Shown piece by piece: positions 10,401 to 17,890 of a DNA stretch of 64,000 nt. The stretch lies in contig CBFGTS010000001.1 of NCBI GenBank assembly GCA_965652295.1, positions 544,001 to 608,000 of the forward strand, given 5' to 3'. The DNA comes from an uncultured Haloferula sp. (GTDB lineage Bacteria > Verrucomicrobiota > Verrucomicrobiia > Verrucomicrobiales > Akkermansiaceae). Numbering within the stretch: position 1 is the stretch's first letter; every line of letters begins with the position of its first letter. A model generated the notes under the pieces. The model was not told the DNA's origin. It saw only the letters and a program-made list of their open reading frames with translations, and searched no databases. Made by a program: the position numbers and the translations under genes.

Positions 10401-12160
10401 GCGCGCTCAGCGGCACCCGGATCATCAACGGCTACGGGCCCACGGAGAACACCACCTTCACCACCACCCGCACGATTCAGGAAAGCGACCTCGGCGGGCG
10501 GGCTCTCCCGATCGGCTCACCGATTGCCGGCACCTTCGTCGAGATCGTCGATGGAAACGGCCGCCTGGTTCCCGTCGGCATGCCGGGCGAACTTCGGACA
10601 GGCGGCGCAGGTCTCGCACACGGCTACATCGGCCGCGACGACCTCACCAGCGAGCGCTTCGTCGAGACCCGCCGCGGCCCCGTCTATCGCACCGGCGACC
10701 TCTGCCGCTGGCGGCCCGATGGCAGCATCGCGTTTCTCGGCCGCAAGGACCATCAGGTGAAAGTGCGCGGATTCCGCATCGAGCTCGCCGAGATCGAGGC
10801 CTGCCTCCAGGCCTGCGAAGGCGTGCGTCAGTGCAAGGTGGCCGTCCGCGGTCAGGGTGCCGCCGGCAAACGCCTGCTCGCCTGGTATTCCGCGACGGAA
10901 GCGGTCTCCGAGGATCTCGTCTCCGCCTGGCTGGAGAAACGCCTGCCCACCTTCATGGTGCCGGACCGCGTGATGCGCCTCGATCTGCTGCCGGTGAACG
11001 CCAACGGCAAGATCGACCTCGCCGCGCTGCCGGAGCCCGGATCCGTGAGTGTGGCCACCGGCATGGTCGAGTTGCCCGAGGGCGAAACCGAAATCCGCCT
11101 CGCCGCGATCTGGCGGGACGTGCTCGGCATTCCTTCCGTCCACCGTCACGACGACTTCTTCGAACTCGGTGGAAACTCGCTCGGCGGGCTGCGCATGTTC
11201 GCCCGAATTCACCGTGAGTTCGGCGTAATGCTCCCGCTCGCCACCCTGCTCCGCGCCCGCTCAATCGCCGCGTTGGCCGTGGCCATCGAGGAGGCGCCTT
11301 CCGTTTCGGGAGCGACGGTCTCCACGGTGCCCGGCGATCATCTGGCGGTGATCCAGCCGGAAGGCTCGGCCGCGCCCTTGTGCGCGATCCATGGGGGCGA
11401 TGGAGGCATCCTGTTCTACCGCGAACTCGCCGAGCGCCTGCCGAAGGACCGGCCGTTCATCGCCATCGAATCGCCCGACCTCGGTCGCGACGAGGAGATC
11501 AAGATCGCCAGCATCGAGGAAACCGCCGCCCGCTACGTCGAGATGCTGCGCGCCGACCGTCCGGAAGGCCCCTATCTGCTGGCGGGCTACTCGTATGGCG
11601 GCGTGGTCGCCTACGAAATGGCGCGGCAGCTTGCCGATGCCGGCGAGGAGGTGCCGTTCCTGGGCGTCTTCGATACGATCAACCCCGCCGCGGCCGTGCG
11701 GCCGTATGCTCTGACGGAGCGCGTCTCCGTCTACTGGAACGCACGCCAGGATCTCTCCCTGGGTGAGAGGATCCTGAAGCTGGCCAACCGTTTCGCCGAA
11801 GGCGTGAACACGCATCTCCGGGTGAAATCCGAGTCCGCCGCGGCACATCGGAGCGCCCGGGCCGCCGCGCACTCCGAGCAGCGGGCGATTCTGCTGCGCG
11901 AGGCGCATGAAGCGGCGATGGATGCCTATCGCCCGGGCCATTTCCACGGCCGGATGCACGTCTTCCGCGCGACCGAGGTGAACGACAAGTTCGAGGTCCC
12001 GAGCGACTACGGCTGGGGCGAACTCGTCGATGATCTCCAGATCGTCGAGGTTCCCGGGGAACACCTGACCCTTTTCGACGATGGCAACGTTTCACCGCTG
12101 GCCGACCAGTTCAGCCGCTGTCTCAGCACGGCCCTCGGCCGTCGCCTCAACCGCCGATGA
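1433..12160 (+). CDS. Hybrid PKS/NRPS: FkbH-ACP-KS-AT-ACP-ACP-aminotransferase-C-A-PCP-TE
   Basis: FkbH HAD motif DADHTLW and LLSCR; ACP GGNSL; KS TACSSS/EAHGT/NLGH; AT GHSVG and HAFH; two ACPs LGFDSL; class III aminotransferase FDEVITG...TYGK; C domain HHLAADG; A domain FTSGTTGVPKG, NGYGPTE, YRTGD; PCP GGNSL; TE GYSYG and GEH. Confidence 0.95.
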   Translation: MSHAPLVAVRLSATFTADPIVPVLCRWFDSFGLGIPVEVTPMQQVLQQLLDPGSALSGNRGGVNILLIRGSDLAVDHAARARSAAREVGAALAESVSRDGIRTLVVLCPVRDGGEAEEIFRDELRDQVAEVAGAEFFDGGEAAGLYDVGEIFDSEAEAAASLPFTEPMFTALGTTLARKVMAGLRKPIKVIAVDADHTLWNGVVGEVGSRGVEISSARQAFQRGLIDLGRQGYLLCLVSKNHPDDVEAVFRENPDMVIPRDAFVDAVVNWEPKSANLQRLSTDLNLGLDAFLFLDDSPAEIAEVAANAPAVLGVRVPENEDELAGFLRHLWVLDAHSVSAEDAQRTDFYHDEARRRELRQRTSSYEEFIAGLELRMDIAALDDSNLARASQLTRRTNQFNSCPRPRDEAELREGSRGMVARLVEVSDRFGDYGAVGLMIFREDGGRLWAETFLLSCRALGKGVEQRMLRYLGEVAGELHLDEIAIWFSDSGRNQPVRDFLESQPGRWEDELRIIPAAAARECSLVPSAVSARSQAVVAGEPVTDAEHMATIARELRTAAAIAAWMAEPVKSRPEISERFVSPEGPVEEKIAAIWAGVLNLDKVGRKDRFVDLGGNSLQLVRVHAQVQREFGKHFELVRMFEHPTVEEQSELVAGAKATTADVVETVSESSESDALAIIGMAVRLPGANTPEELWENLRNGVESIERFTAGDEDVPGPADDPAFVRARGLLAPELYEGVDGGLFSILPREAEIIDPQQRVFLELCWEALERGGYTPDAAEAQGGRTGIYAGCYYDTYLPHHILSDPELHRRHLSEAQVGALQVEFGNDKDHLATRVAFKLNLKGPSLTVQTACSSSLVAVGHAAMSLRAGHCDMALAGGITITVPQKRGYHHEEGGMLSRDGHCRPFDADSSGTVFSNGGGVVLLKRLKDAIRDGDHIHAVIRGYGLNNDGGTKHSYAAPSVDGQADAIRRAHLDAGVDPRTITYIEAHGTATPLGDPIEIAGLTAAFRQSTADTGFCAVGSLKSNLGHLDTAAGVCGLIKTALSLEHGELPPVLHFQTPNPRIDWAGSPFFVNDTLRPWQPAGGAPRRAGVSSFGVGGTNAHVVLEEAPRDVTPREEPQGPRLWVLSGRTTSAVDELAGRLAAFAEGGRRDSFAAAARTMSLGRKAMTQRAVVVARDWDSLASTLRDARPAAIESAASAPGLVWMFPGQGAQHPGMTADLYAAEADYRADIDFCADNLKPLLGEDLRDTLFAEDGDAAERLKHTVLAQPAIFVVEWALARQWARWGVLPELMIGHSVGEFTAACLAGVFSIEDGLRILAARGKLMGGMPGGSMLSVRLSAEKLRPRLPQGVDLAASNGPDLCVVAGERDAVAAFAAQLETGGVNVRELHTSHAFHSWMMDPVVERFRKVIEGVKLHTPKMAILSTVTASRLTDEQATDPGYWASHLRHTVDFHGAIAAAAGEKEGRLYLEVGPGQTLTTLSRQTAGRLGKGYVASCNHPASDAPDHDRLLLAAGELWAHGAKIDLARFHADAPAQRVPLPTYPFQRRRAWLECRLLDRPVERLAPLPQSGTVADIAEVPVIAAASMLDQVREVLEGLSGIPAEEMEPRFSFLELGFDSLLLTQAARELGKTFGVPIAFRDLMQNFPTLAQLTAHLEKHAAPVARAAAPAPATASVVVTPPQDAAAPADMLGRVREVLEALSGIPAAEMEPRSGFLELGFDSLLLTQAARELGKAFGVPIAFRDLMQSYPTLAQLVAHLEANATAAPSAPVAKAAPVAVPATPDQPEEESGVSGPRTRIDRTRSGDELTPPQRAHLEQLIAEYCEKTRTSKAKTQQFRKWHADPRTVNGFNRLYKEMVYQIVATRMKGSRMWDVDGNEYIDMVNGFGPNFLGHAPDYVTEAIQEALATGLEIGPQCETAMECAKLFCEVTGNDRVCFLNTGSEAVQAAMRIARTVTGRDKILVFDKDYHGNFDPVLVRSVGKGARRRTLPLAPGIPDSAVGDVIVVPWGKPEALDMIREIAHELAAVLVEPVQSRQPELIPIEFVHEVKKISEESGFLLVFDEVITGIRQGPGGSQDLYGIRADLATYGKVFGGGALPIGIIGGKAKYMDTFDGGQWQYGDDSFPEKEVTFFAGTFVRLPLAMAACRAVLKHVQAQPKSYWQDIGARADRLARTVDRMFRDHGIDVRMVNFNSQMYLRVGESEKHGNLIYYHLRKRGVFAMEGLPFYLTAAHTDADVDFVINAFRETIAALQDGGFFPRLSISTETEAAPGVRGPFPMTEPMSELWLASLLGEEANLAFNEMLQLRLEGSIDLAAVRRALQDLVDRHDALRLRVPSQESPQFVVDSRQEICLIEKDFRGLADAEQSLVEAGLEQRETPFDLARGPLFRVVVARLRDDLTVLQFVAHHLAADGWSFEVLMKDFKVCYEARKVGMKPILKGAPSIVDRALREHQQGGGDEAALDWWRERFASGVIEADLPLNKPYGAEPVYRSATCELMLDRTIAERMKELARKCGATLNSTLLGGFEALVHRLTGQSEFVLTFPSAGQMSSNEEALVGHCVNFLPLPAEVDPEASFKQVVAKASSNQLDVLEHGEITYGQLLRALKLGRDGGRRPMMEIIFNLEPSGDPGYIGNLRAKVETVPARYSNSTIFLNLMIMPDGLLLSSTYNRELIDEGTMMAWLESFRELLLDAAQDPTKPVGLLNLLGSEARARIESWSQGGSTVLPVSVSDRFRETAETHATRTALDWDGGSMNYHDLAARVSGLANELIARGVQPGDRVGIHLERGPELIISILAVLEAGGCYVPVDSGFPADRRRQVFNQCDVRLVLTCGDGDGCATLDPSTVGTGPAGPVRRRPHDPAYVMFTSGTTGVPKGVVVPHSGIIRLVTNTKYCQFSPEETFLQAATPAFDAATFEIFGPLLNGGRLVLLNPGETSLADIATAIRDKGVSTVWLTAGLFELMVDEHLDDLKGLRQLLAGGDVLSVLHVQRAYRALSGTRIINGYGPTENTTFTTTRTIQESDLGGRALPIGSPIAGTFVEIVDGNGRLVPVGMPGELRTGGAGLAHGYIGRDDLTSERFVETRRGPVYRTGDLCRWRPDGSIAFLGRKDHQVKVRGFRIELAEIEACLQACEGVRQCKVAVRGQGAAGKRLLAWYSATEAVSEDLVSAWLEKRLPTFMVPDRVMRLDLLPVNANGKIDLAALPEPGSVSVATGMVELPEGETEIRLAAIWRDVLGIPSVHRHDDFFELGGNSLGGLRMFARIHREFGVMLPLATLLRARSIAALAVAIEEAPSVSGATVSTVPGDHLAVIQPEGSAAPLCAIHGGDGGILFYRELAERLPKDRPFIAIESPDLGRDEEIKIASIEETAARYVEMLRADRPEGPYLLAGYSYGGVVAYEMARQLADAGEEVPFLGVFDTINPAAAVRPYALTERVSVYWNARQDLSLGERILKLANRFAEGVNTHLRVKSESAAAHRSARAAAHSEQRAILLREAHEAAMDAYRPGHFHGRMHVFRATEVNDKFEVPSDYGWGELVDDLQIVEVPGEHLTLFDDGNVSPLADQFSRCLSTALGRRLNRR
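6188..6709 (+). repeat. Tandem duplicated ACP-coding segments (about 6188-6400 and 6497-6709)
   Basis: Near-identical units VREVLExLSGIPAxEMEPRxxFLELGFDSLLLTQAARELGKxFGVPIAFRDLMQxxPTLAQLxAHLE, offset by 309 bp and separated by an Ala/Pro linker. Confidence 0.9.
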
Positions 12161-12245
12161 TGGTTTGAAAACCCCGATCTTTAGCATGAGTGATATTGAC
12201 TGAAATTGAATCCATTCCGCCCTTTGTTTATTTCCTGACCCCCCG

Positions 12246-13520
12246 GTGAAATATCTTCTTCCAACCCGATCCTCGCGGATTCCGGCGATGGTCGCCTGTC
12301 TGATGCTGACGGGCCTGACCGCGATGAGCCGTGCCCAGCAGGGGCTCGACGAACTGGTGGAATATCACCCCGTCCAGCGCGTCGAGGACTCACGCGTCGA
12401 CGCCGCCATGGGTGAAGCGATCTGGCTCCCGCCGCGGGAAATGGAGCTCGAACCCGAGCCGGTTGAGCAGGGTTGGAACATCGGCGTGCAGCTGGACGCT
12501 GCCTACAACGACAATATTTTTCTCAGCCGCTCGAACCCCGAGGCCGACGTGGTGATCCGCCTCACGCCGAAGGTGGAGTGGGTCCACGGCGTGGAGGGCG
12601 ACGAAGGCGCACATCTGGCGGTTGTTTACCGTCCGTCCGGCGTGGTCTATCTCGATCACGGTGGCGACAACCGGATCGATCACGAACTGACGGTCGCGGC
12701 GGGGTATGAGGGACCCCGGACCGGCGTCGTTTACCAAGGAGGCTTCCGCCGCCTCGGCGAACCGACGTCCGAGCTGGGCGGCATCCGGTCCGATCGCACC
12801 GAGTCCGCGAACGAGCTGCGACTGATCTGGAAGCCGAAGGAAAAGATCGGCGTGCAGGTGGCCGTCGGCCAAACGACGCGGGACTACGACGAACCGATCC
12901 TGGCGGGGTCCGAATCACTTTATCTTGAGGCGGCGCTGGAATATGCCTACTCGCCGAAGACTCGCTTCATCGCCGCCTATCGCAGCGGCAGGTTCGAGGT
13001 GGATCGCTCGCCGGAGCAAACCTTCGATCAGGCCACGTTGCAGATGGTATGGCAGCCGCGCGAGAAATGGACCGTGAGCCTGAAAGGTGGCGTGGAATGG
13101 CGCGACTACGCGCAGGGTGGGGATGCCTACGGGGTGTTCGACGCCCGTGTGGAATGGGCTGCACGCGCCGGCACCTCGCTGTTCGTTGCGGGCTACCGTC
13201 GTGAGGACGTTTCAGCGGTGTTCGCCGGGCAGAACATCGAAGTCACGGGTGTCAGCGCCGGTGTGCGGCAAAAGCTCGGCGAGCGCTGGACCGCCACGGT
13301 CGAGGCAGGCCTGGAGCAATCCGACTACAAGGTCGTCGCCGGGGCGGGTACGGCGGGCCGCAGTGACGAGGTGATCTTCGTCCGGCCGGCATTGCAGTAT
13401 TCGATCAGCGAGGATTTCCGGCTCGGCACGTATTATCGGTATGAAAGGAACGCGTCCACGGCCGCCGCGTTCGGTTACGACAATCACCAGATGGGAGTGG
13501 AACTTGAATATGAATTTTAA
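12246..13520 (+). CDS. Outer-membrane beta-barrel protein associated with exopolysaccharide export
   Basis: Signal peptide, YNDNIF motif, alternating beta-strand pattern, C-terminal ELEYEF; overlaps the start of the OPX gene. Alternative start ATG at 12288. Confidence 0.8.
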   Translation: MKYLLPTRSSRIPAMVACLMLTGLTAMSRAQQGLDELVEYHPVQRVEDSRVDAAMGEAIWLPPREMELEPEPVEQGWNIGVQLDAAYNDNIFLSRSNPEADVVIRLTPKVEWVHGVEGDEGAHLAVVYRPSGVVYLDHGGDNRIDHELTVAAGYEGPRTGVVYQGGFRRLGEPTSELGGIRSDRTESANELRLIWKPKEKIGVQVAVGQTTRDYDEPILAGSESLYLEAALEYAYSPKTRFIAAYRSGRFEVDRSPEQTFDQATLQMVWQPREKWTVSLKGGVEWRDYAQGGDAYGVFDARVEWAARAGTSLFVAGYRREDVSAVFAGQNIEVTGVSAGVRQKLGERWTATVEAGLEQSDYKVVAGAGTAGRSDEVIFVRPALQYSISEDFRLGTYYRYERNASTAAAFGYDNHQMGVELEYEF

Positions 13521-14085
13521 TCTGAAGCATCTCTGGCTGGGCTGCCTGCTGGCTCTCGGGGTCGGCCTGGTTCCGGCATCGGCCCAGGAAGCCTCGTCCG
13601 GCATCATCGGCAGCCGCGACAGCGTCGAAATCCGGGTTTTCCGCGAAGATGACCTGACCACCCGCGCCCAGCTCTCCGCCACCGGGGAGGTCGAAATGCC
13701 GCTGATCGGCGCGGTGAAAATCGCCGGTCTCACCACCAGCGAAGCCGGCCGCGTGATCGAGCGGAAGCTGCGCGATGGCTACCTCGTGAAGCCCGAGGTG
13801 AGCGTGGCGATCACCGGACGCGTCCGGAAAACCGTGACGGTGCTCGGTCAGGCGCAGAGACCGGGCGTGTTCCAGCTCGATCCGAACCGCGAGCTGACCA
13901 TCGTCGAGGCCATCGGTTTGGCGGGCGGCATGACGCGCATCGCCAACGCGAAGAAGATCACTCTCAAGCGCAAGGGCTCGGCGAAACCCTACCGGGTGGA
14001 CCTCCGCGCCATCACCTCGGGCGAGGCGAAGGACATCCCGCTGCGGGATGGCGACGTGATCACGATCCCTGAAAGCATGTTTTGA
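13510..14085 (+). CDS. Short polysaccharide export (OPX/Wza-like) protein, Poly_export + SLBB
   Basis: Motifs GEVEMPLIGAVKIAGLT, VTVLGQAQRPG and LRDGDVITIPE; Sec-type signal ending ASA; start moved to ATG 13510. Confidence 0.88.
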   Translation: MNFNLKHLWLGCLLALGVGLVPASAQEASSGIIGSRDSVEIRVFREDDLTTRAQLSATGEVEMPLIGAVKIAGLTTSEAGRVIERKLRDGYLVKPEVSVAITGRVRKTVTVLGQAQRPGVFQLDPNRELTIVEAIGLAGGMTRIANAKKITLKRKGSAKPYRVDLRAITSGEAKDIPLRDGDVITIPESMF

Positions 14086-14095
14086 TCCGACCTCG

Positions 14096-16276
14096 ATGAA
14101 TCATCACCTATCACGAACGGAACCCCAGGTTTCCCCCGCCGCGCCCGGTCCGGCGGGTGGCGCGGATCCGACGTTTTTCCTGCCGAAAGTCGAGGTTTCC
14201 CGCGTCGCCGGGTTCCTGCGCCGCTGGGCATGGCTGCCGCTGGCGCTGGCCGTCCTCGGAGGGCTGGTCGGCTGGTTCATCGCCCAGCGGGCGACGAAGT
14301 ACTACGTCTCCCATGGATCGGTCTACGTCAGCACGGAGGCGCCCAGGATTTCCGAAATCCAGGCATCGACCACCGAGGAATCGCGCGATCTGGAGCAAAT
14401 GCAGTCGGTCGAGCAGGGCATGCTTTCCAACATGCTGCTGATGCAGGTGGCGGACCGGCTGGGTCTGGCCAAGGATCCGGGCTTCGCCCCGGAGGCGACC
14501 ACGGATCAGCAGAGGCTGGAGGTGCTCGCGGACCGCGTGGACGTGGCCCTGCGCCGCGGGACGCGACTGATCGATATCACCGTGGAAGACACCGACCCTG
14601 AGCGCGCCCGCCGGATCGCCGAGGCGGTGAAGCAGGAATACGAGTCGCTCAGCGCCGACCGTCAGGAGGTCATCCTGCAGGAGATGATTGCCGGCCTCGA
14701 CGTGGAGGAACGCCGGTTGCGGGCCAAGATGGAGGCATCGCAGCAGGCGGTGCGGGATTTCCGCGAGCAGCATCCGGAGCCGGGCCTCGATGGTCAGCCG
14801 GGCACGGGGAGCGCCCGCGATGAACTCTCGGTTCTGGGAGCGCAGCTCACCGAAGCGAAGACGGGGCGGATGAAGCTGGAGTCCGAGCGCGAGGCGTTCG
14901 CGCGCTTCGATCCCGAGGATCCGGATGCCCTTGCCGGCCTGCCGCAAAGCGAGACGGCGACCGAGGTGGCGGGGCTTCTGAGAGAGGTGCGCGCCAAGCA
15001 ACTCGACTTCGCCCGCGTCAAGGAACGCTATCTTTTCAAGCACCCCGAATACCAGCGCGCCGAGGCGGAGCTGACTGAAACCATGAGGAGCCTGAAGGCC
15101 GCGATGGTGACCGCCGGTGAAGCGATCGAAAAACGTTACCGGATCGCGCTGGAGAACGAGCAGAAGCTCGAGCGCGAGGTGGCCGCCGCCAAGACCCAGG
15201 CGGTGGATGTCGAGGGGATGCGGAGCGAGTTCGTCCGGCTCATGCGCCTGGCGGAGAACAATGTGGAACTCCACCAACAGGTTTCGCGGCAGTTGCGCGA
15301 GGCGAACCTCGCCGGCTCGGTGCCGGCCTCGGTGCTGAGTTGGCGCGATCAACCGACGGTGCCGGAGAAGCCGTCCCGTCCCCGCAAGGTCCTGATGGTC
15401 GGGCTGGGCTCGGTGCTGGCCTTCTTCTTCGGACTCGTCGCTGCGGTGGGCCTGGAGATGTCGGATCGGAAAGTCCGTGGTGCGGCCAGCGCGATGCGGG
15501 CGACCGGGGTTCCGATGTTGGGCCAGCTTCCGGCGGGCGATGGGCGCTCCGGGGCTGTGGTGCTTTCCGATCCCCGTTCGGCGTTGGCCGATGCTTTCCG
15601 CCGCCTCCGCGTGGTGCTTTCCCCGAGCCCGCAGAGCGGCCGGGTGCCATCGATTCTCTTCACCTCCGCCACCGCGGGGGAGGGAGCCTCCTTCTGTGCG
15701 GTGAACCATGCGGTCTCGCTCGCGTTGGAGGGCCATCGCACCTTGCTGATCGATGCCGATCTGCGGACTCCGGGCATCAGCCGCGAGCACCTGCGCGAGC
15801 GGGCCGGCCACCTCGGACTCGGCGGCTACCTCGAAGGACGGGCCACCGCTGCCGACGCCTGCGTCCGCACACCGGTCCCGGCGCTCTACCTCATTTCCTC
15901 CGGTGAAATGCGCGGGGATGCCTCCGAATTGCTGTCCCGCACCCGGCTTCCGGCCTTGCTGGAAGAGGCGGGCAGTTGGTTCGACCGCGTCGTCATCGAC
16001 GCTCCGGCCGTGCTCGGATCCAGCGACGCCCAGGTCGTCGCACGCAGCGCCGACCGGACCTGCCTGGTCGTCGGCGAGGCAGGCGCGAACCGCCGCGAGC
16101 TGCGCGAGGCGGCCAAACACCTTCGCGATGCCGGCGGCAATCTCGTCGGCTTCATCTGGAACGAGCATCCGGTTGGGCCCGGCGAGGCCCCTTCGCTGGC
16201 CGTCGCGCGGGAGGGAATCGCAGGTAATTCCCACGACGACTTGATTGTTTCTCCCCCTAACCGCACTTCATCTTGA
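14096..16276 (+). CDS. Wzc/GumC-like polysaccharide co-polymerase with BY-kinase-like domain
   Basis: Two TM segments flanking a coiled-coil region, YLFKHP and PEKPSRPRK motifs, C-terminal domain with TSATAGEGAS, LLIDADLR and VVIDAP. Confidence 0.88.
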   Translation: MNHHLSRTEPQVSPAAPGPAGGADPTFFLPKVEVSRVAGFLRRWAWLPLALAVLGGLVGWFIAQRATKYYVSHGSVYVSTEAPRISEIQASTTEESRDLEQMQSVEQGMLSNMLLMQVADRLGLAKDPGFAPEATTDQQRLEVLADRVDVALRRGTRLIDITVEDTDPERARRIAEAVKQEYESLSADRQEVILQEMIAGLDVEERRLRAKMEASQQAVRDFREQHPEPGLDGQPGTGSARDELSVLGAQLTEAKTGRMKLESEREAFARFDPEDPDALAGLPQSETATEVAGLLREVRAKQLDFARVKERYLFKHPEYQRAEAELTETMRSLKAAMVTAGEAIEKRYRIALENEQKLEREVAAAKTQAVDVEGMRSEFVRLMRLAENNVELHQQVSRQLREANLAGSVPASVLSWRDQPTVPEKPSRPRKVLMVGLGSVLAFFFGLVAAVGLEMSDRKVRGAASAMRATGVPMLGQLPAGDGRSGAVVLSDPRSALADAFRRLRVVLSPSPQSGRVPSILFTSATAGEGASFCAVNHAVSLALEGHRTLLIDADLRTPGISREHLRERAGHLGLGGYLEGRATAADACVRTPVPALYLISSGEMRGDASELLSRTRLPALLEEAGSWFDRVVIDAPAVLGSSDAQVVARSADRTCLVVGEAGANRRELREAAKHLRDAGGNLVGFIWNEHPVGPGEAPSLAVAREGIAGNSHDDLIVSPPNRTSS

Positions 16277-16366
16277 CATTTAAGACCTCTGCGCAATGAT
16301 GCGGGTCCCTCACCGCGTTTAGCGGCGCGTAGACCGCTCCCCAAGCTGTCCCCCCCACCCCCCAAA

Positions 16367-17866
16367 ATGAACCTCACGACACCCCCCCGGTCGTGCGAAT
16401 CTCCCGTTTCTACGGGAACCGCGCCTGAACGAAGGCAGCGTTTGTTTACGCTGCGTCACCGCCATCGTACTTGGATGGCGCACCAGAAACTGGTCGCCCT
16501 GAGTTTCCTCGGCGATTCCGCGATCGTTCTCTTCAGCCTGCTCTCGGCGTATTTGCTGCGATTCGAGACCAGCTTCCGCGAAGTGGGCGTGCTCGATCAT
16601 GCGATCGACATGCGCGACTACGCCGGCCACGTCATCCTGGGCGGCGTGCTGATGATCTTCCTGCTGGCGAATTTCCGCGCCCACGATCCCCGCAATTTCC
16701 TGGCGATCCGGCGTACGCTTTGCCTGGTTTTCAAGTCGGTCGCGATCTGGCTGGTGCTGTTCCTCGGCTTGGCGCTGCTTTTGAAAATCGAGCCGCCGAT
16801 CAGCCGGATGTATTGCATCATCGGCGCGTCGCTCGCGGTCGTTTCCCTGAGCCTCTGGCGTTGGGTGCTCTATTGCCTGCTGCGCCGTGAACCGATCGCC
16901 TCCGCGTTGCGGCAGAAGGTGGTGTTCGTGGGTTGGAATGAGGACTGTGAACGCGGTGCCGCCCGTTTCTCGGAAGGTCGGGCCCATGCGTTCCAGGTCC
17001 TCGGCCGGATCGCCACGGATCGCGATGAAGCGACCGTCGGTGACGTGCCGGTCCTCGGGGATTTCTCCGACGCCCGCCATCTGCTTCGCGAAACCGGAGC
17101 CGATGTGGTGATGGCCGTGGATGGTGCCCTCGATCGCGTCCAGATGATCGAACTGGCGGAGACCTGCGGCAAGGAGTTCATCGACTTCAAGCTGATGCCC
17201 AGTTGCTTTCAGGTGCTCGTCTCCGGTCTCCAGCTGGAAACCGTCCACGGGGTGCCGGTTCTCGGTGTCGGCCACCTGCCGCTGCACCACGCGATGAACA
17301 ACGCCGCGAAGCGCGTCACGGATGTGCTGGGTGCGCTCTTCGGGCTTCTTTTCTTCGCCCCGATCATGGCGATCTTCGCGGGCCTCGTTTATCTCGAAAG
17401 CCGCGGTCCGGTGATCTACCGTCAGCGCCGCATTGGCCTCAACGGCAAGCCTTTCGAAATCCTGAAAATCCGCAGCATGAAGCTCGATGCCGAGTCCGGC
17501 GGTGCTCCGGGTTGGACGGTTTCCGACGACCCGCGCCGTCTCAAGGTCGGAGCCATCATGCGCGCCTGGAACATCGATGAGCTGCCGCAGTTCTGGAACG
17601 TGCTGCGCGGCGAGATGAGTCTCGTCGGTCCGCGTCCGGAACGCCCGGAGCTGATCGAGGATTTCAAGGAGGACATCCGCTACTACAACGTCCGTCACAA
17701 CGTGAAGCCCGGCGTGACCGGCTGGGCCCAGGTCAACGGTCTGCGCGGGGACACCTGCCTGCGCGAGCGCGTGAAGTTCGACCTCGACTACATCGAGAAC
17801 TGGAACTTCTGGCTCGATGTCCAGATCATGTTCCTGACTTTCTTCAAGCGTAAGGGTGCCTGCTGA
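16367..17866 (+). CDS. Polyprenyl-phosphate sugar-1-phosphate transferase (WcaJ/WbaP-like priming enzyme)
   Basis: N-terminal TM helices, Rossmann-like middle region, C-terminal KIRSM, IDELPQFWNVLRGEMSLVGPRPE, KPGVTGWAQVNG and DLDYIENW. Confidence 0.93.
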   Translation: MNLTTPPRSCESPVSTGTAPERRQRLFTLRHRHRTWMAHQKLVALSFLGDSAIVLFSLLSAYLLRFETSFREVGVLDHAIDMRDYAGHVILGGVLMIFLLANFRAHDPRNFLAIRRTLCLVFKSVAIWLVLFLGLALLLKIEPPISRMYCIIGASLAVVSLSLWRWVLYCLLRREPIASALRQKVVFVGWNEDCERGAARFSEGRAHAFQVLGRIATDRDEATVGDVPVLGDFSDARHLLRETGADVVMAVDGALDRVQMIELAETCGKEFIDFKLMPSCFQVLVSGLQLETVHGVPVLGVGHLPLHHAMNNAAKRVTDVLGALFGLLFFAPIMAIFAGLVYLESRGPVIYRQRRIGLNGKPFEILKIRSMKLDAESGGAPGWTVSDDPRRLKVGAIMRAWNIDELPQFWNVLRGEMSLVGPRPERPELIEDFKEDIRYYNVRHNVKPGVTGWAQVNGLRGDTCLRERVKFDLDYIENWNFWLDVQIMFLTFFKRKGAC

Positions 17867-17890
17867 TCGCGGCTTCCCAGCCCGCGCCGG

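Noticed and set aside
16273..16300. TTGACA upstream of the priming transferase as a sigma70 promoter
   Set aside because: No convincing -10 hexamer at a normal spacing.
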